Below are positions 9,660 through 20,274 of a stretch of DNA of 64,000 nucleotides, piece by piece (positions within the stretch are counted from its first letter, which is position 1; each line of letters starts with the position of its first letter). The notes under the pieces are model-generated. The model was given only the letters and a program-made list of their open reading frames with translations. It searched no databases and was not told the DNA's origin. Both the position numbers and the translations under genes were made by a program. Source of the stretch: an uncultured Parasporobacterium sp. Its GTDB lineage: Bacteria; Bacillota; Clostridia; Lachnospirales; Lachnospiraceae. The stretch is taken from positions 4,359-68,358 of the forward strand of contig CAXXOZ010000007.1 of NCBI GenBank assembly GCA_963676435.2, read 5' to 3'.

Positions 9660-11993
9660 GTGAAAATATTGAACGATAAGTTAATATTACCAGTGATTCC
9701 GTTAAGGGGGGTTACCTTGCTACCAGGTACAATAGCACATTTTGATGTTACAAGGGAAAAATCTGTGTTAGCACTTGAGGCAGTAATGGTTAGCGATCAG
9801 AACATATTTTTAGTCACTCAAAAAAATGCAGCAAATTTGGAATATGATGTAGATAATCTACATAAAATGGGGGTGGTAGCAAACGTTAAGCAATTAATTA
9901 AGCTACCATCTGGCATTATACGTGTATTGGTAGATGTTAGGGAAAGAGCAGAAATTGTTAATATTCTTGAAGAAGAGCCTTTTTTAAAAGCGGAAATTAA
10001 ATGTATTGAACTTTTAGAAGTACATTTAGATGAAGCCCAGAAAGAGGCTATGTTGCGTGTTTTAAGAGATTTGATTGCTAAATATTATATTCTTAATCCT
10101 CAAATGAATTCAGAAGTAATTAAAAACATTACTGAAATTAAAGATATAAAGGAATTACTTTTTCAAATTTCAATTCATTTTCCTTTTCCACAGGAAGACA
10201 AACAAAAATTTTTGGAAGCTCAGGAAATTGCTAATAGATACGAATTAATAGTTAAATTTTTAGGAAAAGAAATTGAAGTAAATAAAATACAAAAAGAATT
10301 TCAGGATAAAATAAAAGAACGAATTGATGATAATCAAAAAGAATATATTTTAAGAGAACAGATAAAACTTATTAGAGAAGAATTGGGTGAAGATAATACT
10401 TTATCTGATGCTGATCTATTTCTTGAAGAAGTTAAGAAACTAAAGGCTAATAAAAGTGTAAAAGAAAAAATCGAGAAAGAAATAAGTAAATTCAAAGGGA
10501 TCTCATCAAACTCTTCTGAAAGTAGTATTGTTAGAGGTTATATTGAAACATTATTAGAAATGCCTTGGGACAAAGTGTCTAAAGATAGTAAAGACATAAA
10601 AAGGGCAAAGATGATTTTGGATAGAGATCATTATGGTTTGGAAAAAGTCAAAGAGAGAATGTTGGAGTTTTTAGCTGTAAGAGCTTTAAATGCCAATAAA
10701 GGTCCTAGCCCAATAATATGTTTGATTGGACCTCCAGGGACAGGAAAAACTTCAGTAGCTAAATCAGTAGCTACAGCATTAAATAAAAAATATGTAAGAA
10801 TCTCGTTAGGTGGAGTTAGAGATGAAGCAGAAATAAGAGGACATAGAAGAACTTATGTAGGGGCTATGCCTGGAAGAATTGCAACAAGTCTTAAACAGGC
10901 AGGAGTAAAGAATCCTTTAATGTTGTTGGACGAAATAGACAAGTTGGGAAATGATTATAAAGGCGATCCTTCGTCTGCCTTGCTAGAGGTTTTAGACTCT
11001 GAACAAAATTCAAAATTTAGAGATCATTATATTGAACTGCCTTTGGATTTATCAGAAGTATTTTTTGTGGCTACTGCAAATAATATCCAAACAATTCCTA
11101 CACCTTTATTAGATAGAATGGAAATAATTGAGGTCACAAGTTATACAGAAAATGAAAAAGAACATATAGCAAGTGAGCACCTAATAGAAAAGCAAATGAA
11201 AAGTCATGGTCTCTCACCAGAAAATCTAATAATTAGCAAACAGGCTCTCAAAAAAATAATACAAAGCTATACAAAAGAAGCGGGTGTTAGAAGTTTAGAG
11301 AGAAAAATAGCTGATATATGTAGAAAAGCTGCTAGAGAAATTTTAGAATATAATAAAAAAACAGTTAGAATAACTGAAAAAAATGTTGAAAAATATTTAG
11401 GAAAGCCTAGATACAATATTGAATATGCTAATGAAATTGATGAAATAGGGATTGTAAGAGGATTGGCGTGGACAAGTGTTGGAGGAGATACACTTCAAAT
11501 AGAAGTTAATATTATGCCAGGCAAAGGAGAGGTATTATTAACAGGAAAACTTGGTGATGTAATGAAAGAGTCTGCAACAGCAGGACTAAGCTATATTAGA
11601 TCAATTGCCCATAAATATAATATAAAAGATGACCTATTTAAAGAAAAAGATATACATATTCATATCCCAGAAGGTGCTGTACCAAAAGACGGACCGTCAG
11701 CTGGTATAACAATGGCTACAGCAATGTTATCAGCAATAATCGAAGTACCCGTAAGGTCTGACATAGCCATGACAGGTGAAATCACTTTAAGAGGTCGTGT
11801 ACTTCCTATAGGTGGATTAAAAGAAAAAATCTTGGCAGCAAAAGTTGCAAATATAAAAACTGTGCTTGTGCCCAATAAGAACAAAAGAGATGTGGATGAG
11901 ATATCTCAGGAAATACAAAAAGGTATCAAGATAATATATGTAGATACAATGGAGGAAGTGCTAAAAGAAGCACTATGTAAAAATGATAATTAA
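9660..11993 (+). CDS. lon: Lon protease (LonA), GTG start
   Basis: LPVIPLRG N-domain, GPPGTGKTS, DGPSAGITM catalytic Ser, 777 aa. Confidence 0.95.
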   Translation: MKILNDKLILPVIPLRGVTLLPGTIAHFDVTREKSVLALEAVMVSDQNIFLVTQKNAANLEYDVDNLHKMGVVANVKQLIKLPSGIIRVLVDVRERAEIVNILEEEPFLKAEIKCIELLEVHLDEAQKEAMLRVLRDLIAKYYILNPQMNSEVIKNITEIKDIKELLFQISIHFPFPQEDKQKFLEAQEIANRYELIVKFLGKEIEVNKIQKEFQDKIKERIDDNQKEYILREQIKLIREELGEDNTLSDADLFLEEVKKLKANKSVKEKIEKEISKFKGISSNSSESSIVRGYIETLLEMPWDKVSKDSKDIKRAKMILDRDHYGLEKVKERMLEFLAVRALNANKGPSPIICLIGPPGTGKTSVAKSVATALNKKYVRISLGGVRDEAEIRGHRRTYVGAMPGRIATSLKQAGVKNPLMLLDEIDKLGNDYKGDPSSALLEVLDSEQNSKFRDHYIELPLDLSEVFFVATANNIQTIPTPLLDRMEIIEVTSYTENEKEHIASEHLIEKQMKSHGLSPENLIISKQALKKIIQSYTKEAGVRSLERKIADICRKAAREILEYNKKTVRITEKNVEKYLGKPRYNIEYANEIDEIGIVRGLAWTSVGGDTLQIEVNIMPGKGEVLLTGKLGDVMKESATAGLSYIRSIAHKYNIKDDLFKEKDIHIHIPEGAVPKDGPSAGITMATAMLSAIIEVPVRSDIAMTGEITLRGRVLPIGGLKEKILAAKVANIKTVLVPNKNKRDVDEISQEIQKGIKIIYVDTMEEVLKEALCKNDN

Positions 11994-12567
11994 AAGTGTT
12001 AATTTAGAAACTGTGTGTGGAATAACTAGTACTTTACCTCAAAATGTCTTACCAGAGGTTGCTTTTTCAGGGAAATCTAATGTGGGTAAATCTTCACTAA
12101 TAAATGCCCTGATGAACAGAAAGTCATATGCGAGGACATCTTCTCAACCAGGTAAAACACAAACAATAAATTTTTATAATATTAATGAAGAAGTTTATTT
12201 TGTGGATTTACCAGGATATGGATATGCAAAGATTGCAAAATCAGTTAAAGAGAAGTGGGGGCCATTTATTGAAAAATATTTAAGGAATTCATCCCAGCTT
12301 AAGGCAGTATTTTTATTAATAGATATCAGGCATGAGCCAGGAAAAAATGATATAAATATGTACGAATGGATATTGTATAATGGTTTTCAGCCTATAATAA
12401 TTGCAACAAAGGCTGATAAAATTAAAAGAAGCCAAATTGCAAAACATATAAAAATAATTAAAGAAACATTAAAATTAAAAAAGGAAGCTATAGTTATTCC
12501 ATTTTCTTCTGTAACAAAGCAAGGAAGAGACGAGATATGGGAAACTATAAGTAACCTTATAACATAA
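11983..12567 (+). CDS. engB: Ribosome biogenesis GTPase YsxC/EngB
   Basis: GKSNVGKSSLINAL G1 motif, DLPGYGYA, TKADK G4. Conserved position after lon. Confidence 0.9.
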   Translation: MIIKSVNLETVCGITSTLPQNVLPEVAFSGKSNVGKSSLINALMNRKSYARTSSQPGKTQTINFYNINEEVYFVDLPGYGYAKIAKSVKEKWGPFIEKYLRNSSQLKAVFLLIDIRHEPGKNDINMYEWILYNGFQPIIIATKADKIKRSQIAKHIKIIKETLKLKKEAIVIPFSSVTKQGRDEIWETISNLIT

Positions 12568-12713
12568 TTTGTTAACGAAGTATTGTGGTTATTGTGTTTT
12601 AGTGTGTTTGTTAGTAAAAAGGATTACGAGAAAATTCAGATGACTTTAAGGAAGCTTTTTGACACCTACGAAGAAACCTGTAAAGGGGACAAAAAAGCAA
12701 CGGAGGGTTAATA

Positions 12714-15700
12714 ATGAATGACCGTAAGACTTTACTTATTGCAGACGACAATAGGGTAAATCGTTTATTATTAGTTGATATTTTAAAAGAATACTATAAC
12801 ATCATAGAAGCCGAAGATGGTAAGGAGGCAATAGATGTTATTGAGGCAAATAAAGAAGATATAAGTGTAGTACTTCTTGATATTATAATGCCTAAAAAAG
12901 ATGGTTTTCAAGTTATTAGTGAAATAAGAAACCGATTAAATTTAAAGGAATTGCCAGTTATAGTAATAACTGTAAAAGATGATCCAAAAGTAGAAGTAAA
13001 GGCATTAGATTTAGGTGCAGATGATTTAGTGGTTAAACCTGTAGAGCCAAAGGTTATATTGCAACGTGTAAAAAACATGATTGAAAAGAAAGAAATGCAT
13101 CAAATCATGATAGAAAACACTAGACTCAAAGAACAGGCTGATGCACAAGCTGTTTTACAGTATAGATTGGACCATGATTCATTAACTGGAATTTATAGTA
13201 GAGATATTTTTTGTAAAGAAACCTCAAAAATGTTGGTGAAAAACCCAAAAAGTAATTATATTTTGGTATCTTTTGACATTGAAAAAATCAAACTTGTTAA
13301 TGACTTGTTTGGGAGAAAAATTGGAAATGAGATTTTAAAAGCTATAGCTGTAAGTTTAAAAATATTGCTTTCCGGAAACGGCACATACGCAAGACTAGAA
13401 TCAGATAGGTTTGCGGCTTGTTTTTCGGAAAGTTTTTTGACCCTTTTAGAATTTCAAAAAAAGATAAATGATGCAATAAAATTTATTATTCCAAATTTTA
13501 CTGTTATTTGTAAATTTGGAGCCTATAAAGTTGTAGATACTGAGGTAGATATAGATATTATGTGTGACAGAGCTCATATGGCACTACAAACCGTCAAGGG
13601 TGATTATAGCATTAATTATGTATACTATAATGATCAGATTCATGAAACACTAGTGTTGGAACAAAAAATCATTAGCGATATGGAGGAAGCCTTAGCAGGC
13701 AAACAGTTTGAAATTTATCTACAACCTATATATAGTTTATCAAAAATGAAACCAGTTTCAGCTGAAGCTCTTGTTAGATGGAATCATCCTGAGTTTGGTA
13801 TGATCTCACCAGGCATATTCATTCCGATTTTTGAAAAAAATGGATATATTGCTAAGCTTGATTATTTTGTGTGGGAACAAGCCTGTAGATTTTTAGCAAA
13901 TAGAGCTAAAAAAAATAAAGATGAAATATCAGTTTCTGTAAATGTGTCAAGATATACATTATATGATCCTGATCTTAGTAATAAAATAATTAAACTAGTA
14001 AAGAAATATGACATAAATCCTCTTCTTTTAAAATTTGAAATCACAGAAAGTGCATATACAGATAATCCAAAACAATTAATAAATACAATGGTATTATTGC
14101 AAAAATACGGCTTTAAATTATTGATGGATGATTTCGGGAGTGGATTTTCTTCATTAAATCTTTTAAAAAACCTGAATGTAGATATTTTAAAAATTGATAT
14201 GAAGTTTTTAGAAGACTTTGAAACATCTTCTAGAGGTGGAAGTATTTTCACCTCAGTGGTAAGAATGGCTAAATGGTTGAATATTCCTGTTATTGCAGAA
14301 GGCGTCGAGACAAAAGCTCAGCTGGAATTTTTAAGAGGTGTCGGCTGCGATAGCATTCAGGGTTATTATTTTTCTGAGCCATTGTCCATAAAAGAATTTG
14401 AAGAACATTTGTTGAAAAATATTGATCTTAATATTGATTCAGCGCCTAAGATAAGAGAAGAAATGGAATTTGATGAACTATTTAATGGCAATAAAATGTT
14501 GACTAGTTTGTTTAATAGTTTTGTTGGAGGTATAGGTATATACGAATTTTCACCAGCAGGGCTAGAGGTGATAAGAGTTAATGATAGATATTATGAAGTG
14601 ATGGGTTATAATCCTCAAACACTTTTTTCAGAGGGTAGAAATATTTTAAATCAACTTTATTCTGAAGAAGATAAAAACATTTTAATAGAAGGATGCAAAA
14701 AGGCCATAAAAGGTGAAAAGGTGGATGAAATAACTATAAGGCGTTATCATGCTGATGGTAATACACTGATGTGGCTAAACAGTAGTATAAGACATTTAGG
14801 TGGGGATGGTGAAATACAAATACTCTGCATTACATCAAGTGATATTACAGAAAATAAAAAAAATGAAATGCTTTTGGAAAAACAGAGTGAGGATTTAAAT
14901 CTTAACCGTTCTATAATTCAAGGGCTGTATAATAATGTTTTATGTGGGATTATTCAATATACATATGATGATTTGAAAATCTTAAATATTAATGATGAAG
15001 CTTGTAGAATACAGGGTTATCCCAATAAGGATGCTCTTTACAGAAGTATGCAAAAAAGCAAAGAAGAAAAAGAAGAAAATCCTCAATATATTGAATTGAA
15101 ATCATACCTAGAGAAATATAAAGAAACTGGAAAAAGAGTTAGTTTTGTACATGAATTTATTAAAGGTGATGGAAATGAAGGATGGGCAAAAGGAAATATT
15201 GATATAGGGATAGGTTTTGATGGGGAAAAAATTATACAATGCGTTTTTATAGATATTTCGGATCAAAAAATAAAGGAAAGAGAATCAATAGAAAGCATTA
15301 GAATTATTGAAGATATCTATAATAATGTTCCTTGTGCTATTATGCAGTTTACAATTGAAAAAAAACCAAAACTAATAAATTGTAATGAAGCAACTGTTGA
15401 ACTATATGGTTACGAAAGTTTTAATGAATTAAAAATAGCATTAAATGAAAACGTCTTTAAACATCTTCATCATGATGAGTTTGATATGGCAAATGAAAAT
15501 ATAAAGACTGTTCTGTCAAGTCAGGTAAAAAGGGATTTCCTATATAAGCTTACTAGAAAGGATGGAAGCATTTTCTGGGCTCAAGGTACAATTCATAAGA
15601 CAAAGAGTATGTCAGGACAAGAAGTTTTAGAAATTGTGTTTATTGATGTCACTGATACTGTACAAAAAAACAGGCAAAAAACAAAAATTAATGAGCTTTA

Positions 15701-16562
15701 TAAATTATTAATGGAAGACTCACAGGTAATAATATTTGATTATGATCCAACAGAAGATAAAATGAATCATACAATTTTTCTTGTTGATGGAAGAAGAAGT
15801 GAAAAAACAATAAGTAACTATCTAAAAACTATAAAACAAAATACAGGAATACATCCTGAACACAAATGTGTTTTGAAAAATACAATCAAAAAAGCATGTG
15901 AAAAACCTTGTATTGGTTCAGTTGAGTATGTGGCAGATTTTAACAATAAAGGCTATAGATGGTACAGAGTGGAATACAAGACTATTGAAGATGAAGAAAA
16001 AAATGTATTTAGGTTCATTGGAAGAGCATACGACATTCAAGATGAAATTCAGCATGCACAAGCATTGAAAAAAAGAGCTGAAACAGATTATTTAAGTGGC
16101 CTTTTAAATAGGGCTACTGCAAAAGAAATGATTGATAAAAAATTACGTAATTTTAAGAAAGAGGAAAAATTTGCATTTCTATTGATTGATATTGATAAGT
16201 TTAAGGCTATTAATGATGAGTATGGGCACTTAAAAGGAGATGAAGTCATAAAGGAAATTGGGATGACTATTAAGGAAGAATTTAGAGAAGAAGATGTTGT
16301 TTCCAGAATTGGTGGAGATGAATTTGGTGTATTTTTCTCAATTAAAAAGACAAATTCTTCAGCCTTCAGAAAATCAACAGAGTTAATTAAAAAAATAAAT
16401 GCTCTATCTGAAAAAGAAAACATTGATTTGCCAGTTTCTATTAGTGTTGGTATTGCTATTGCTCCTGACAACGGAGATGCATTTGATATGCTTTTTGCAA
16501 AAGCCGATAAAGCCATGTATGACGCTAAAAATAAAGGCGGTGGTTGTTATTGTCTTATTTAA
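12714..16562 (+). CDS. Multidomain c-di-GMP signalling protein: REC, degenerate GGDEF, EAL, several PAS domains, active-type GGDEF
   Basis: The receiver domain has LLDIIMPKKDG. The first cyclase-like domain has SDRF in place of GGDEF. The EAL domain has EALVRW and DDFGSGFSSL. PAS-like repeats lie at about aa 590-1100. The C-terminal domain has RIGGDEFGVFF. Confidence 0.9.
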   Translation: MNDRKTLLIADDNRVNRLLLVDILKEYYNIIEAEDGKEAIDVIEANKEDISVVLLDIIMPKKDGFQVISEIRNRLNLKELPVIVITVKDDPKVEVKALDLGADDLVVKPVEPKVILQRVKNMIEKKEMHQIMIENTRLKEQADAQAVLQYRLDHDSLTGIYSRDIFCKETSKMLVKNPKSNYILVSFDIEKIKLVNDLFGRKIGNEILKAIAVSLKILLSGNGTYARLESDRFAACFSESFLTLLEFQKKINDAIKFIIPNFTVICKFGAYKVVDTEVDIDIMCDRAHMALQTVKGDYSINYVYYNDQIHETLVLEQKIISDMEEALAGKQFEIYLQPIYSLSKMKPVSAEALVRWNHPEFGMISPGIFIPIFEKNGYIAKLDYFVWEQACRFLANRAKKNKDEISVSVNVSRYTLYDPDLSNKIIKLVKKYDINPLLLKFEITESAYTDNPKQLINTMVLLQKYGFKLLMDDFGSGFSSLNLLKNLNVDILKIDMKFLEDFETSSRGGSIFTSVVRMAKWLNIPVIAEGVETKAQLEFLRGVGCDSIQGYYFSEPLSIKEFEEHLLKNIDLNIDSAPKIREEMEFDELFNGNKMLTSLFNSFVGGIGIYEFSPAGLEVIRVNDRYYEVMGYNPQTLFSEGRNILNQLYSEEDKNILIEGCKKAIKGEKVDEITIRRYHADGNTLMWLNSSIRHLGGDGEIQILCITSSDITENKKNEMLLEKQSEDLNLNRSIIQGLYNNVLCGIIQYTYDDLKILNINDEACRIQGYPNKDALYRSMQKSKEEKEENPQYIELKSYLEKYKETGKRVSFVHEFIKGDGNEGWAKGNIDIGIGFDGEKIIQCVFIDISDQKIKERESIESIRIIEDIYNNVPCAIMQFTIEKKPKLINCNEATVELYGYESFNELKIALNENVFKHLHHDEFDMANENIKTVLSSQVKRDFLYKLTRKDGSIFWAQGTIHKTKSMSGQEVLEIVFIDVTDTVQKNRQKTKINELYKLLMEDSQVIIFDYDPTEDKMNHTIFLVDGRRSEKTISNYLKTIKQNTGIHPEHKCVLKNTIKKACEKPCIGSVEYVADFNNKGYRWYRVEYKTIEDEEKNVFRFIGRAYDIQDEIQHAQALKKRAETDYLSGLLNRATAKEMIDKKLRNFKKEEKFAFLLIDIDKFKAINDEYGHLKGDEVIKEIGMTIKEEFREEDVVSRIGGDEFGVFFSIKKTNSSAFRKSTELIKKINALSEKENIDLPVSISVGIAIAPDNGDAFDMLFAKADKAMYDAKNKGGGCYCLI

Positions 16563-17070
16563 CAAGAAGTTTTTTCATGACGCATGCATAAACTTCTTGG
16601 CTTGCGTTTTTCCAATTGTCACACATTTTTATTGCATCATCTTTTGTGGGTACTGTTATATTTAAATCTATAAGGGTAGTTTTTCCTTCTTTTACCATAC
16701 AGTGAACAGTGTATTCACCACCTGTAGATTTGAAATAATCAGATACTGTTCCAACTTCGTTTCTGAGTTCGTATTTATTTTCTGAAATGTACGAAATGAT
16801 ATCAGATACTATTCCGTTTGGAATCTGGGAAGAAAAGTAGCCCAAAGTTTCGTCCCCTTGGGCTGTGTTGCTGTAATAAGAAATATTTCTTATTGTCTCC
16901 ATTTTTATAAAGCCTGCATCTATTAAATCTGAAATAGCCTGCTGCAAATTAAAGTAGTTTGTATATTCTTTTTCTAAAAAGAATGTAGAAATTTGAGAAT
17001 TTGTCAATGGAAAATTCACTTTGTTTAACATATATAATATTATTAATTTATATAAAGTTAGAGAATCCAT
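16555..17070 (-). CDS. DUF4364-like small winged-helix-type protein
   Basis: 171 aa, MDSLTLYKLIILYMLNKVNFPLTNSQIS N-terminus. Family name recalled from memory, not verified. Confidence 0.55.
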   Translation of the reverse strand: MDSLTLYKLIILYMLNKVNFPLTNSQISTFFLEKEYTNYFNLQQAISDLIDAGFIKMETIRNISYYSNTAQGDETLGYFSSQIPNGIVSDIISYISENKYELRNEVGTVSDYFKSTGGEYTVHCMVKEGKTTLIDLNITVPTKDDAIKMCDNWKNASQEVYACVMKKLLVK

Positions 17071-18237
17071 TTAATCAAATATCCTTTCTTTTATATTAGC
17101 AATTACAGCACTGCTTACAACATCTTTAACGTTTTCATTAAATGCTTCAGGGATAATATAATCTGCATTTAATTCTTCCTCTGTGACAACAGCAGCAATT
17201 GCTTCAGCAGCAGCGATTTTCATTTCCTCAGTTATATTTCTTGCATTACCTTCTAAAGCACCTTTGAAAATACCCGGAAATGCAATTACATTGTTTACTT
17301 GATTAGGAAAATCTGAACGTCCTGTTCCAATAACCATAGCACCAGCTTTTTTAGCTATTTCTGGCATGACTTCAGGTATGGGATTTGCCATAGCAAAAAT
17401 TATAGAATCAGAATTCATTGTTTTAATCATCTCAGGTGTAAGTACCCCTGGGGCAGAAACTCCGATAAAAATATCTGAACCTTTTACAGCTTCGGATAAA
17501 GAACCTTCTTTGTTTTCTAAATTTGTAACCAAAGAAATTTCTTTTTTATATTTATTCATATTTTTTGTGTTCTTACTTACTATACCTTTACTATCGCAGA
17601 TTATTATGTGTTTGAATCCATAATTTAAAAGTAGTTTTGTAATAGCAATACCTGCAGCACCTGCACCATTAACAACTATTTTACTGTCAGATTTACTCTT
17701 TTTAGTTATTTTTAGAGCGTTTATTATTCCTGCTAAAACGACAATAGCCGTCCCGTGTTGATCATCATGAAAAACAGGAATATTTAAAACTTCTTTTAGT
17801 CTTTCTTCGATTTCAAAACATCTTGGAGCAGAAATATCTTCTAGATTTATACCTCCAAATACTGGAGCGATATTAATAATTGTTTTTATAATCTCTTCTG
17901 TATCCTGTGTGTCTAAGCAAATTGGAAATGCATTTACATCTCCAAATTCTTTAAAGAGTACAGCTTTTCCTTCCATTACAGGTAGGGCTGCCTCTGGGCC
18001 GATATTTCCCAGTCCCAGTACTGCACTTCCGTCAGAAATTACAGCTATAGTATTTGATTTTATTGTATATTTATAAGCAGCTTTTTTATCTTCTGCAATA
18101 ACTTCACACGGTTTAGCAACACCTGGTGTATATGCAAGTGCTAAATCCTCAGAGGTGGAAATGTTGCATTTGGAAACAACGTCTAGTTTTCCTTGCCATT
18201 CTTCGTGTATTTTTAGTGCTTTTTCATCGTTTGTCAT
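17071..18237 (-). CDS. NAD(P)-dependent malic enzyme
   Basis: YTPGVA, FNDDQHGTAIV-like FHDDQHGTAIV, GAGAAGIA Rossmann motif. Start chosen at MTNDEKAL, 8 nt after GGGAGG. Confidence 0.9.
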   Translation of the reverse strand: MTNDEKALKIHEEWQGKLDVVSKCNISTSEDLALAYTPGVAKPCEVIAEDKKAAYKYTIKSNTIAVISDGSAVLGLGNIGPEAALPVMEGKAVLFKEFGDVNAFPICLDTQDTEEIIKTIINIAPVFGGINLEDISAPRCFEIEERLKEVLNIPVFHDDQHGTAIVVLAGIINALKITKKSKSDSKIVVNGAGAAGIAITKLLLNYGFKHIIICDSKGIVSKNTKNMNKYKKEISLVTNLENKEGSLSEAVKGSDIFIGVSAPGVLTPEMIKTMNSDSIIFAMANPIPEVMPEIAKKAGAMVIGTGRSDFPNQVNNVIAFPGIFKGALEGNARNITEEMKIAAAEAIAAVVTEEELNADYIIPEAFNENVKDVVSSAVIANIKERIFD

Positions 18238-18399
18238 GTTTACAACCTCCCAGTCTTTATTTATAATGATATCATACAATGAAAAAAAATAATACTACCA
18301 TTTTGATGAAGTATGGTGTATAATGTACTAATCTAAAAGTCTTAAGTTCCTAAAAAAATCCAAAAACAAAGTAGAAAATCAATAGAAAAGGAAGTATAT

Positions 18400-19734
18400 A
18401 TGAGAGCGAAATTAGAAACCTTACCGATGTCAGAATTAAAAGAATTGGCTAAGACTCGAGAAGTTAAGAACATTGCAAGCTATCGTAAATCAGAATTAAT
18501 TGACAAAATTCTTGAAACAGTAGAGGAAGAAAATAAAAAGAAGTCAGAAAATCAGGTTGCAAGCAAAGAAGATAATGGAGAAAAACATTCTGAGGATAAG
18601 GGGGAATCTTTAGACAGCGGAATTGTAGCAAATGGCATATTAGAAGTGCTCAGCGAAGGATATGGATTTATTCGTTGCGAAAACTATCTTCCAGGTGAAG
18701 GAGATGTATATGTTTCCCCTTCTCAAATAAGAAAATTCAATTTAAAAACAGGGGATATAATAGTAGGTAAGGTAAGAGTTAAAACACAGAATGAAAAATT
18801 TGGTGCCTTATTATATCTAACACATATAAATGGTATGATTCCATCAGAAGCAATGAAAAGGAAAAATTTTGAAGATTTGACACCTATTTTTCCTAATCAA
18901 AGACTTCATTTGGAGACAGATAGAAATAATACAGCTATGAGAGTTTTTGATATTGTTTCACCAATAGGTAAAGGACAAAGAGGTATGCTTGTCTCTCCAC
19001 CTAAAGCTGGTAAAACTACTTTATTAAAAGGCGTTGCAAAGTCAATTCAAAAAAATCATCCAGATGTACATTTAATAATATTATTAATAGATGAAAGACC
19101 AGAAGAAGTTACAGATATTAAAGAAGCTATAGAAGGGAAAAATGTAGAAGTTATTTACTCTACATTTGATGAACTTCCTGATCACCATAAAAGAGTTTCA
19201 GAAATGGTTATTGAAAGAGCAAAAAGATTAGTTGAACATGGTAAGGATGTTATGATTTTGTTAGATAGTATAACAAGACTTGCAAGAGCTTATAATTTAA
19301 CAATACCACCTAGTGGCAGAACTCTTTCAGGAGGACTTGATCCAGCTGCACTACATATGCCAAAAAGATTTTTTGGGGCAGCTAGAAATATGAGAGAGGG
19401 TGGAAGTCTAACGATTCTTGCTACTGCCTTAATTGAGACAGGAAGTAAAATGGACGATGTTGTGTATGAAGAATTCAAAGGTACTGGTAATATGGAACTG
19501 GTTCTTGATAGAAAACTACAAGAAAAGAGAATTTTCCCAGCTATTGACATTTTAAAATCAGGTACTAGAAGAGAGGATCTTCTACTTGATACAGAAGAAA
19601 TGGAAGCTGTATATGTGATGAGAAAAGCAACAAATGGAATGAGATCAGATGAGTCAGTTGAAAGAATAATTGATATGTTTGTAAAAACAAAGAACAATTC
19701 AGACTTTGTTCAAATGATAAAAAAGGTTCTATAA
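18400..19734 (+). CDS. rho: Transcription termination factor Rho
   Basis: N-terminal LSELKELAK helix bundle, CSD (GFIR), PPKAGKT Walker [12 protein letters not shown] short charged insertion follows the N-terminal helix bundle. Confidence 0.95.
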   Translation: MRAKLETLPMSELKELAKTREVKNIASYRKSELIDKILETVEEENKKKSENQVASKEDNGEKHSEDKGESLDSGIVANGILEVLSEGYGFIRCENYLPGEGDVYVSPSQIRKFNLKTGDIIVGKVRVKTQNEKFGALLYLTHINGMIPSEAMKRKNFEDLTPIFPNQRLHLETDRNNTAMRVFDIVSPIGKGQRGMLVSPPKAGKTTLLKGVAKSIQKNHPDVHLIILLIDERPEEVTDIKEAIEGKNVEVIYSTFDELPDHHKRVSEMVIERAKRLVEHGKDVMILLDSITRLARAYNLTIPPSGRTLSGGLDPAALHMPKRFFGAARNMREGGSLTILATALIETGSKMDDVVYEEFKGTGNMELVLDRKLQEKRIFPAIDILKSGTRREDLLLDTEEMEAVYVMRKATNGMRSDESVERIIDMFVKTKNNSDFVQMIKKVL

Positions 19735-19822
19735 AAAATGCTTGCATATAAAAAAACACTATGCTATAATAAACAGGCTATTCATTAGAAATAAGATTGA
19801 AATTGGTAAAGAGGTGATTTTA

Positions 19823-20032
19823 ATGAGAGAAGGAATCCATCCAGAGTATTACCAAGCAAAAGTTACATGTAACTGTGGTAATGAATTTGTTACAGGATCA
19901 ACAAAAGACGGTATTCACGTTGAGATTTGTTCTAAATGTCACTCGTTCTATACAGGACAGCAAAAAGCAGCAACTGCACGTGGAAGAATTGAGAAATTTA
20001 ATCGTAAATATGGTGTTGGACAAGACAAATAA
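19823..20032 (+). CDS. rpmE: 50S ribosomal protein L31 (Zn-binding type)
   Basis: [33 protein letters not shown]. Confidence 0.95.
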   Translation: MREGIHPEYYQAKVTCNCGNEFVTGSTKDGIHVEICSKCHSFYTGQQKAATARGRIEKFNRKYGVGQDK

Positions 20033-20039
20033 GTTAAAG

Positions 20040-20108
20040 ATAGGGTTGAGAGTTTTTATTCCACAGTTTAAAACTGATGGAATTGATATTCTCAGCCTAT
20101 TTTTTTTT
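20040..20108 (+). terminator. Rho-independent terminator after rpmE
   Basis: Long imperfect hairpin ATAGGGTTGAGA...TCTCAGCCTAT with inner ATTCCA/TGGAAT stem, followed by T8. Confidence 0.7.
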
Positions 20109-20238
20109 AATTTATAGGAAAGTTCCTTGAACTCACCTATAAATTAAAAAACTCTACGCGAGAACGCAGAGTCGTATATAAGGTAATAATTGCTAGCAAG
20201 GAGCACCTCACGAGAGATTCGCGTTGGAACTCTTTGTT
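20103..20238 (+). repeat. Structured GC-rich intergenic repeat, copy B
   Basis: 16-bp perfect stem TTTTTTAATTTATAGG/CCTATAAATTAAAAAA with a 17-nt loop similar to the copy A loop. Core is cgcagagtcgtatataaggtaataattgct. Terminal hairpin is AGAG(A)TTC-gcgttg-GAACTCT followed by TTGTT. Confidence 0.6.
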
Positions 20239-20274
20239 GGAATAGTGTATATAAGGTTGATTTGGAGGTATATT

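Noticed and set aside
12640-12711. 23-codon ORF (MTLRKLFDTYEETCKGDKKATEG) ending just before the REC-GGDEF-EAL start; considered as a leader peptide.
   Set aside because: No convincing RBS and no attenuator structure, and it overlaps the RBS of the downstream gene. Coding cannot be supported from sequence alone.
13862-14251. Antisense ORFs inside long genes. Examples: 13862-14251, 16088-16516, 19290-19697, 31489-31860, 43347-43733, 60798-61193 and many 60-90 aa ORFs.
   Set aside because: They lie fully within well-supported genes on the opposite strand. They have S/F/I/L-rich low-complexity translations typical of shadow frames in AT-rich DNA, and they lack RBSs.
20224-20274. TTG start at 20224 for the DUF1385 gene, and the similarly extended ORF-track starts at 5613, 6417, 18279, 19742, 22063 and 30368.
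   Set aside because: Downstream in-frame ATGs have proper RBS spacing and give canonical N-termini. The 20224 extension lies within the intergenic repeat.
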